The position numbers and the translations under genes were made by a program. Below are positions 35,758 to 44,681 of a DNA stretch of 64,000 bases, one piece after another. The notes beneath the pieces are model-generated. The model did no database searches. It was given only the letters and a program-made list of their open reading frames with translations, and was not told where the DNA came from. How positions within the stretch are numbered: position 1 is the first letter of the stretch; the number at the start of each line of letters is the position of its first letter. The stretch is from Schmidtea polychroa. Lineage: Eukaryota. The stretch is taken from positions 33,916,001 to 33,980,000 of the forward strand of contig CM097885.1 in assembly GCA_044892525.1 (NCBI GenBank). Reading direction: 5' to 3'.

Positions 35758-36977
35758 TTAGTGCTAAATCAGAATTATGTCTTTTTGATAGACCTTCTCC
35801 CCAAGCAGTGATTGAACATGGAGCATTTGAAGATGTATACCCAAGAAATTCAATTACAGATGCCGGTTCTTCTTCGATTCAATTTTACATAAATGGATCG
35901 CAGACTGAATATTTAGATTTGAATGATACTTTGTTATATATTCAATTGAAAGTTGTTAATAATTTAGGTGAGAATTTAGGCGAATCAGAAGTAATTCCAA
36001 ATAATTTCTTCTTCCAAACCCTTTTTAAAGATGTTGAATTAATTTTTAATTCAATCAAAGTTGAAGGATCAAATGATAGATTTGCCCACAAAGCATTAAT
36101 TGAAACACTTATAAATTATGACGGAGATACTAAACGAACATCTTTAGGTGGAATGGGGTATACTAACAAAGATCTTACGAGAAAAACATGGATTGAAAAA
36201 TCAAAATCCTTTTCTTTATGTTCCCCACTTCAATTTGATTTCTTTGATCAACCTAAATATTTACTACCAGGTGTTAGTGTTCAAATTAAATTAACAAGAT
36301 CAAATCCAACACTTAGTTTAACTTGTGCGAAAATTGAACCGAAAATTTTATTATTAGACGCAAAATTAATGGTTAGAAGAGTTCGTGTTGAACCATCGGT
36401 TTTGGCAGGACATCAAATTGGTCTGTCTACCAAAAATGCAATTTATCCTTTAAGAAGCAAAGAAGTTGTTGATTTCTCATTACCTATTGGTTCTTCCTCT
36501 TTTTATAAAGAACAAATATTTGGAGATAGACGATTACCTAATTTTATACTTGTTGCATTTCAATCTAGTAAAAGATTTAGTGGATCGTTTTCAGAATCAT
36601 TTTCTTTATTTGATCACTTTAATGTCAAGTCCATAACTTTAAGTAAAGGAAGTGATTATCGCGAAAAATATAGTCAAGATTTTGAGAATGATGATTATAG
36701 TACAAGTTATATGCAATCGATTATTAGAAATATGGGTTATCTAAATAAAAATATGAATTGTGGTATCACCATGTCTGATTTTAAGAGCAAGTATCCATTC
36801 TTTACATTCGTATTGGCACCAGATTTTGATCTTCATCAAAGTCAGTTACCACAAAGTGGAAATTTGCGATTAGATATTAAATTCGCATCTTCACTTACTG
36901 AAGCTGTTTCTGTAATCGTATATGGAGTTTTTGAAAAAGAAATTCAAATTACATCTACTCGTACTGTTTTGGTATAA
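35754..36977 (+). CDS. Major capsid protein (double jelly-roll)
   Basis: SEL.LF..P..Q..I, I.F.I.G....YLDL..T.LY, FF.Q.KYL.PGV...IKL.R and GNLRLDIKF...L...V.VIVY..FE..I.I...R.V, the pattern of Polinton MCP (PY). Confidence 0.92.
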   Translation: MISAKSELCLFDRPSPQAVIEHGAFEDVYPRNSITDAGSSSIQFYINGSQTEYLDLNDTLLYIQLKVVNNLGENLGESEVIPNNFFFQTLFKDVELIFNSIKVEGSNDRFAHKALIETLINYDGDTKRTSLGGMGYTNKDLTRKTWIEKSKSFSLCSPLQFDFFDQPKYLLPGVSVQIKLTRSNPTLSLTCAKIEPKILLLDAKLMVRRVRVEPSVLAGHQIGLSTKNAIYPLRSKEVVDFSLPIGSSSFYKEQIFGDRRLPNFILVAFQSSKRFSGSFSESFSLFDHFNVKSITLSKGSDYREKYSQDFENDDYSTSYMQSIIRNMGYLNKNMNCGITMSDFKSKYPFFTFVLAPDFDLHQSQLPQSGNLRLDIKFASSLTEAVSVIVYGVFEKEIQITSTRTVLV

Positions 36978-37011
36978 TATAAACCAAATATCGAAAATCA
37001 ATTAATCAAAT

Positions 37012-37384
37012 ATGAAGTAAGAATTAATTTAAATTATTTAATTATTATTAATTTAGTTCTATTCAGATACACGTTATCGGAAGAAAATTACTAGGAAAAG
37101 AATTTCTAGGTGTTTTCCCATTAGACAAAATACCTTATTTAGATGTCAACAAAGCAATAATTGTAAATACTCAATCTGCTAATCTGAATGGTGAACATTG
37201 GCTTGCAGTATACGTGAAACCAGACAAAATATATGCATTTGATCCAATGGGATTCTATTATCCACCTATATTAATCAATAAACTACAATCAATGCCAATT
37301 GAATACAATCGAATACGTTACCAAAATCCTATAACAAAAACATGTGGACAACATTGTTTGGCTTGGTTAAAGTCAATGAAATAA
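37012..37384 (+). CDS. Adenain-like (C5/Ulp1-type) maturation cysteine protease, 110 aa; exons 37012-37016 and 37057-37384; not in the ORF track
   Basis: A 40-nt intron GTAAGA..TTTAG (37017-37056) gives MNSIQI..FLGVFPLDKIP..IVNT......GEHWLA..FDPMG..Q......CGQHC, with the His-Asp-Cys triad and oxyanion Gln present. Confidence 0.93.
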
Positions 37385-37472
37385 ATTTTTATAATAAAAA
37401 GTTGTTTTTAAAATATTCACAAAAATAATATTCACAATTAAAATATTCACAAAAATTCACAATTAAAATAAT

Positions 37473-38555
37473 TTATTCACAAAACAAAATAATATTCACA
37501 ATAAATTTTACTAGCATATTTTTCAAAAAATCATCCCAAGTAATTTGCTCCATCAACAATCTTATCATTCGAGGTATTTCTAATAAACTATTGATATCTT
37601 CTATATTTAAAATATTATTGACAATAAATTGTATATTTCCCAAATATACTAAATATTGGTTACTATAATTCTCCAAACATATTTCCATTAATTCATATTC
37701 ATAACCTAAATAAATCGTTAATTTTTTTCTTGTTTCTAATGTTATGTTAGCATCTAAAAATAATTCAATTTTGCCAAATAGTCGTCTCAATTGATTTGAT
37801 ATCAAATTTTGATGAACTAATGTAATATTAGTTAACAGGTCTTGTTCAAATCTTATATAATCAATTTCTAATGGGTCTAAAATTGTATCTTCATCAAATT
37901 CTTGGAATGGAATAACAACATCATCTTCAGTCACAGTGAAATCTCGTAAAAATACATCGGAAATAAAAGATGTATACAGAGCTTTTTTGCGGATATTGGT
38001 TATAAAATTATCTTTAAAGTATATTTGATCTTCAATAAAAGAACCAATTATCCTTTCAATAAATTCTTCAGTATTTTCATTAATTAGTAATTTTCTAATT
38101 AAATGGTATATTTTCGTCAAATAATCTGATGCCAAATCAGTATTTTGAACGAGTATTTCAATTCCGAAAAAACTGGTATTCAAAGATTCTTCGAGCACAA
38201 TTATATATTTTTTAAAATTTGCAAAAGGAGAATTTCGATTACATTCTCTGATACTATTTAATATATATTCCAAATCCACAGGTGTTTTTCTTATATATTT
38301 CATCAGTTTGCGGTTGATATTTCTAATACATGATCTAAAACTAAGTTTATAAAATTCATGTTTAAGCTGAACTAATCTCATATAATCTATAAATAAATCT
38401 TTCTTCTTTAATAAATTCAATTCAAGTCTGTCAAGCGGACAAAGAGTAGAAATATTTAAACACTCAAATAAACAATTAGTACAAAACGAATGGTTACAGC
38501 CAGTAGTTATAAACATTTCTATAGCGTATTCAGTGTAGCAAACAATGCATTCCAT
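37473..38555 (-). CDS. N-terminal RING-finger protein, putative E3 ubiquitin ligase, about 360 aa from ATG 38555
   Basis: CIVC-x13-CNHSFCTNC-x10-CPLDR (C3HC3D RING variant) followed by a helical-looking region I do not recognise. Confidence 0.85.
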   Translation of the reverse strand: MECIVCYTEYAIEMFITTGCNHSFCTNCLFECLNISTLCPLDRLELNLLKKKDLFIDYMRLVQLKHEFYKLSFRSCIRNINRKLMKYIRKTPVDLEYILNSIRECNRNSPFANFKKYIIVLEESLNTSFFGIEILVQNTDLASDYLTKIYHLIRKLLINENTEEFIERIIGSFIEDQIYFKDNFITNIRKKALYTSFISDVFLRDFTVTEDDVVIPFQEFDEDTILDPLEIDYIRFEQDLLTNITLVHQNLISNQLRRLFGKIELFLDANITLETRKKLTIYLGYEYELMEICLENYSNQYLVYLGNIQFIVNNILNIEDINSLLEIPRMIRLLMEQITWDDFLKNMLVKFIVNIILFCE

Positions 38556-38744
38556 TTTTATTTTTCGATAAGTATATATCAAAATTTTGAATAATAGAGT
38601 AAGTAAATGATTTTTTATAATTTATAAATAAATCAATTGGATAAAATTAATTTAAATTATTTCAATAAATTTTTAGTTTATTATTTAAATTATTTCAATA
38701 AATTTTAGTTTATTATTTAAATTATTTCAATAAATTTTTAATTA

Positions 38745-38945
38745 AGTTAATTATTATGTAAGATATTTAATCCGTTAATTATTACGCTTGGTATTTAATC
38801 CTTTAATTATTACGCAAGTTATTTAATCCTTTAATTATTACGCTTGGTATCAAATTATTACGCTTGGTATCAAATTTAATTATTACGTAATGTATTAAGT
38901 AGAAGAAGAAGTATATAAATGATTTGTTTTTAAAAATTGGTCATA
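38745..38945 (+). promoter_or_regulatory. Candidate bidirectional promoter/enhancer between the RING gene and the pPolB leader
   Basis: Six AATTATTA(C/T)G repeats including TTATGTAA, TTACGCAA and TTACGTAA, then TATATAAA at 38912 and TCATA about 30 nt downstream. Confidence 0.55.
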
Positions 38946-39016
38946 AATTGATAGTACCAAGGATCGTAAGAATTTTATTTTTTAATTATTAAAATTTAAT
39001 TATTTTTAGATAAAAA

Positions 39017-39074
39017 ATGAATATTAATGCAACAATGAAAAATGTTAATAATGCAACAATGAAAAATGACAAAT
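39017..39074 (+). CDS. pPolB: Predicted first coding exon of pPolB (MNINATMKNVNNATMKNDK+T)
   Basis: Preceded by a 44-nt UTR intron (38966-39009). Ends at a consensus GTAAGT donor in phase 1, matching the phase-1 TTTTAG acceptor at 40299. The long pPolB ORF as called starts at TTG. Confidence 0.6.
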
Positions 39075-39504
39075 GTAAGTATTTTTATCAATTTTTAAAT
39101 AATATTTTATAATGAAATTATTATTATTTTTAATAAAATTTTATTTTAAGAGTAAAAATAAGAGTAAAAAATTTTTTAATAATATTTTATAATGAAATTA
39201 ATAATATTTTTAATAAAATTTTATTTTAAGAGTAAAAATAAGAGTAAAAAATTTTTTTAATAATATTTTATAATGAAATTAATAATATTTTTAAAAATGA
39301 TTATTAATATTTTTAATAAAATTTTATCTTAAGAGTAAAAATAAGGGTAAATCCCTCGTAAAATTTTTTTATAATGATGAAATTATTAACATTTTTAAAT
39401 AATATTTTATAATGAAATTATTATTAATGATATTTTTTTAATGATATTTATTTTGAAATAAGGGGAAATCCCTCGCAAATTTTTTTTTTTATAATGATAA
39501 TAAT

Positions 39505-39643
39505 AATGTAGTCTACAGTGAGCACGTAGCTACATAATAGTCTGCAGTGAGCATGCAGTAGTCTTTAATATAATAATGTAGTCTACAGTGAGCACGTAGC
39601 TACATAATAGTCTGCAGTGAGCATGCAGTACTCTTTAATAATA
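39505..39643. repeat. 69-bp tandem duplication, locally GC-richer and with short palindromes
   Basis: AATGTAGTCTACAGTGAGCACGTAGCTACATAATAGTCTGCAGTGAGCATGCAGTA.. occurs twice. Confidence 0.9.
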
Positions 39644-39713
39644 ATCTGACCCTTATTAAATACTTATTAACTTTAAAATTTTTTCAACAACATTTAAAAT
39701 AACACTTAAATAT

Positions 39714-40153
39714 TTATTCAAAAACATTTGTAATTTTCCAAATTGGTTTAATTATAACTCCATTTATCTTGACTCCTTGAATAAGTATTCGCACTTTTGA
39801 TTTTTTATCTTCGTCTAATTTACACCCTTTTTCACAATTGATAAATGTAAATTTTTCATTAAAAATCATTTCTTTATTAATTAATTTAAGAATTTCTCCA
39901 AGATTTTTTCTATCTTCTTCCCCAATATCTCCAATTTGAATATTGAATTGACATGTTTTTAAATTAACTGGTTCCTATAACAAATTAATATTAAATAATT
40001 AAATAAAAAAAAATAAATTACCTTGAACGAATAAGTAATAGGATATTTCAAATAGTACATATTATATTGAAGGAATTGAATAGGAGGTTTACATACCATA
40101 CCTATAACTGATGTACTATTTTCTTCTAATAGGATACTATTTATAGTAGACAT
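39714..40153 (-). CDS. Spliced 130-aa protein (exons 40153-40022 and 39974-39714), possibly an OB-fold ssDNA-binding protein
   Basis: A 47-nt phase-0 GTAATT..ATAG intron joins a 44-codon exon to a stop-free 86-codon exon ending ..KVRILIQGVKINGVIIKPIWKITNVFE*. The function is inferred. Confidence 0.7.
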
Positions 40154-40299
40154 TTTTTGTTAAATTTATTTCATTAAATTATCATTTATAGCAAATAATT
40201 AATTTTGATTGGATGCATACATGCAAAATTATAAGAAAATTTTAATAGTATTATTTTTATCAAATGTTTTAGCCAAATTTTTAAATGTATATATTTTAG

Positions 40300-43200
40300 G
40301 TATACTTTATCCAAATTATTGTTCGTCGAAAGAACATAATAATTGCCATTCTATAATGGAGAATTATTATTCTAAAAAATACTATAATAAAACTTTTTTT
40401 ATATGCCCCATATGTAAGATTAGCGAGCCCTTAACATATAGCGTTTTTTATAATAAGCATAAACAACATTTAGATAGGTTCAATTCTAAAAAAGATGTTA
40501 TTTTTAAACGTCCTTCAACTATTGAAATAAATACTACTAATAAAAAAATTAAATTAAATACATTTGTTGAATCCCAGGTCGGATTAGTTGATGAATCCAA
40601 TGATGGATTGCCTTTTGCTGAATCCAATGTTGGATTGTCTTTTGCTGAATCCAATGATGGATTGCCTTTTGCTGAATCCAATGTTGGATTGTCTTTTGCT
40701 GAATCCAATGATGGATTGTCTTTTGCTGAATCCGAGGTCGGATTAGTTGATGAATCCTATAATGAATTTGATAATCTTTCACTCGACTCTTGGGATGTAG
40801 GCGAACCCAATAATGAATTTGATAATCTTTCGCTCGACTCTTGGGATGTAGGCGAACCCAATAATGAATTTGATAATCTTTCACTCGACTCTTGGGATGT
40901 AGGCGAACCCAATAATGAATTTGATAATCTTTCACTCGACTCTTGGGATGTAGGCGAACCCAATAATGAATTTGATAATCTTTCACTCGACTCTTCGACT
41001 ACTAATGTACAAATAGGAGGTAATGTACCCATAGTACAAAAAGATTTAAGGGGTACACATCAAATTTTAAGTCTAAATACAAGTAACTTGAATATAAAGG
41101 AAATAATATTTCCAGAACAATTAATTATAAAATTACGAGATATTATTAACGAATTAGGCTCCGTCAAAATTCAATTCGGAATAACAATCGAATTTGAAAA
41201 AGACGGGGAAATAAAGGTTAATAATATTTCGAATTACGCAAAACCTTTAACTGCCTCATTTTTTGACGAAGGCATTAGAGAACTAAACGAGAAAATAAGT
41301 AATATCACAGAGTTAGGAAGTAGCTGGATCATAAAAAAAATAACTGAAATTCACTTCACCATAACAAAGATAAGTAGGCTAAGTAGATTAAGTGGTAGGA
41401 GTTTCATTGAACTACCTACTTGTCTAAAAAATAAAAAATGCTTAATTAATGTAAAAAACACCGACGATTCGTGTTTTTTATATAGCATTTTAGCTATTTT
41501 AAAATATGATGAAGTTATTAAACAATATAGAAATAGAACATCCAGTTATAATTTATCTGAGTTAATATATAATCCATTAGACTTACCAATGAAATTAAAA
41601 GATATTAGAAAATTCGAGGCCAAAAATCCTGGTTTAATAATTAATGTTTTTTCTTATGACAATAACAAACAATTAATAGATAATTACGTTTTAAAACACC
41701 CCCATTTAGACATTATACATCGTTCCAAAGTTTTAAATGGAACAGTAATTAATTTACTATTATTAAATAAAGGGAACAATTTCCATTACATTGCTATAAG
41801 CAATTTAAATAGGTTACTGAATTGCCACATAAACACTAGTTGTCCTACACGCATACAATCAATATGGTGTCATCGTTGTTTGAATGGTTTTAAAAATAGA
41901 AACGCACTAGAAAAACATGAAATATTATGCAAACGCAATCAATTAGGAACTACTCTTTATACTTTCCCTCAAAATAAATTCTTACAGTTTACTGACTGGT
42001 CGAAAACAGTAACTCCTCCTTTCGTAGTTTATGCCGATTTTGAGGCTATTTTACCTTGTGATAATGTTCATTTTCAGCGACACATGCCAATATCTGCTGG
42101 TCTTTTACTAGTAAATAACTTTGACGGATCTAAATCCTATCAACAGTTTATAGGTTTAGATTGCGTCGAGAGTTTTTTAAGTGCTATAGAGGATATAGCA
42201 TTAAATAAGGTTCTTCCTTTTTATTATAAAATGGGTAGGAAACCAATGATTAAATTAACTAAAAATGAGCAACAACAATTCATTAATTCAACGGTTTGTT
42301 ATCTTTGTTTGAAATCTATCGTGGATCCTGTTAGAGATCACGATCATTTTACGGGCAAATACTTGGGTGCAGCTTGTAGCACATGTAACGTAAATAGAAA
42401 AATAAATAAAATTTTGCCTATCGTATTTCACAACTTGAAGGGATACGATATGCATCATATACTTAAATATGGATTAAATAAATTTAAAAATTGGAATTTA
42501 GGGTGCATCCCAATAACTACGGAAAAATTTATATCTTTGATTGCTCATTTAGGCAAAATTAGCATAAGATTCATTGATTCATATCAATTTGTCAATGATT
42601 CTTTGGCTAAAGCAGTCAAAACTTTGAATTCTTTGACTTTTACTAATTCTGCTTTTTCTGGCACCATAGTAGGTGAAAAAGGAATCTTCCCTTATAATTT
42701 CGCCACTTCTTTAGATGTTCTACAAACTACGTATGAATTACCACCAATCTGGGAGGGTGTCACTGAGCTTGAGTATGAAAAAGCTCAGGAGATTTGGGTA
42801 GAATCTAATTGCAGAACTTTATTAGATTATATGATGATCTACCTAAAACTTGATTGTTTTCTTTTGGCTGATTTCTTTCATCAGTTTAGGTTGAAATCAA
42901 TTGCTCACAATAGATTAGAACCTTTGAATTATTTCGGAATTCCAGGCATGTCTTGGTCTTCTGCATTAATGTCTTTAAATGAACCAATTGAACTCATAAC
43001 TGAAAACGAAATGTTTAGCTTTTATGAGGGTGGAATAAGAGGCGGTCTTACTTTTGTGAATAAGCATTACGTAAAAACCGACGAGAACACCGAGTTACTT
43101 TATATAGATATTAATAATCTTTATGGGTGGGCTTTAAGTCAATCATTACCTTGTGGCGAATTTTGTTGGGTTCTTGATGGATTTGATAAAATACTGGATG

Positions 43201-44519
43201 AATGTAGGAATTTAAATCTTGAATCTTTGTCTTATGGATACACACTTGAAGTTGATCTTGTAATTCCTTCTGAGCTTCATGATAAGTTGGATGATTTCCC
43301 TGTAGCTGCTGAAAAAATGAAACCTGCTGGGTCTAAGGTTGAAAAATTATTATTAACTCATCTTCCAAAATCTAATTATGTTATTCATTGGAGATTATTA
43401 AAATTATATTTAGAACTTGGTGTTAAAGTAACACGTGTAAATAGAGGTGTAAGATTTAAGCAATCACCAATTTTTAAAAAATATATAGATACAAATACCG
43501 AATTAAGATCAAAAAGCGTAAATAACTTAGATAAAAATTATTATAAATTGCTAAATAACAGTTTATACGGCAAAACAGTTGAAAATTTAAAGAGAAGAAT
43601 GAATCTTCGTCTTTGTACAACTGCCGGTAAATTAGTTAAATATTCGTCAAAACCGACTTTTAAAAAATCTATTAAAATAGCTGATAATTTAATTGCAACA
43701 CTTTTGAATTCAGATTCTATATGTTTAGATAGACCGAGTTACATTGGTCAATCTGTACTTGATCTATCTAAACTTAGAATGTATGAATTGCAATATAAGG
43801 ATCTGGAATCATTTCGCAATGAGTTTAATTGTAAAATTAATATCGTTGCTGGTGATACAGATTCTTTTTTCCTCGAAGTCATTAACTGCAAACTTGAGGT
43901 TCTTTTACCTGCAATGATTCGAGATAATTTATTAGATACTTCCAATTACAATAGTTGTCATTCCTTATATAGTAAGAACCTTGATTCAGTCATTGGAAAG
44001 TTCAAAGACGAGAATAAAGGTCTTAAATATAAGGAGTGGGTTTTTCTTAGACCTAAATGTTATAGCTTGTTGGGTGATGAGGAAACAAAAAAGGCTAAAG
44101 GTGTAACATTGAAAGGTAGTGACATAAAACATCAGTCATACCTAGATTGTTATAACACTAACCAGATTTTTTCGGTTCCTCAGACTAAAATAACAAGCAA
44201 AAATCATCAAATTTTTACAATTAAAAACACAAAAATAGCACTAACAAACAAAGATGACAAAAGGGTTTGGGTGGGGAAAAATGCTAGTCTTGCATATGGG
44301 CATGTAAGATTAAGTGAATTAAATATTGGAGAAAATGTTGGAGAAATTGTTGCAGAAAATGTTTCAGAAAATGATGGAGAAGATGTTTCAGAAAATGATG
44401 GAGAAAATGATGGAGAAGATGAGGAAGAATTAAATGAAGATTTTGGAGAAGATGAGGAAGAATTTAATGAAGAAGATGACATCGATATCGATGACGTTAT
44501 TTTGTCCGATGAGGACTAA
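40300..44519 (+). CDS. pPolB: Protein-primed family B DNA polymerase, main exon, with terminal-protein/OTU-like N-terminal region and Endonuclease VII-like insert
   Basis: ExoI YADFE, ExoII FHNLKGYD, ExoIII YLKLD, KGIFPY, motif A YIDINNLYG, motif B KLLNNSLYGKT, motif C GDTDS, GKFKDE, KCY, KAKGV, DDKR, and the CYLC..RDHDH.TG..LG.AC..CN insert. The frame is uninterrupted. Confidence 0.97.
40569..40995 (+). repeat. In-frame tandem repeats in the pPolB N-terminus (27-bp and 51-bp units)
   Basis: ESN(D/V)GL(P/S)FA x5 flanked by ESxVGLVD, then NEFDNLSLDSWDVGEPN x4 plus a partial fifth copy. Confidence 0.95.
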
Positions 44520-44525
44520 TTTTAT

Positions 44526-44604
44526 TGAATAAATTTTATATCTTTACATTTGTTAATTGTTTGTGTTTTATGTGTCTAGTTCATTTTTATGTATTTGGTC
44601 GATA

Positions 44605-44681
<77 letters not shown>

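Noticed and set aside
40209..40299. Hydrophobic signal-like N-terminus of pPolB in the ORF track
   Set aside because: It starts at TTG, is AT-rich and ends in a phase-compatible acceptor, so it is more likely intron.
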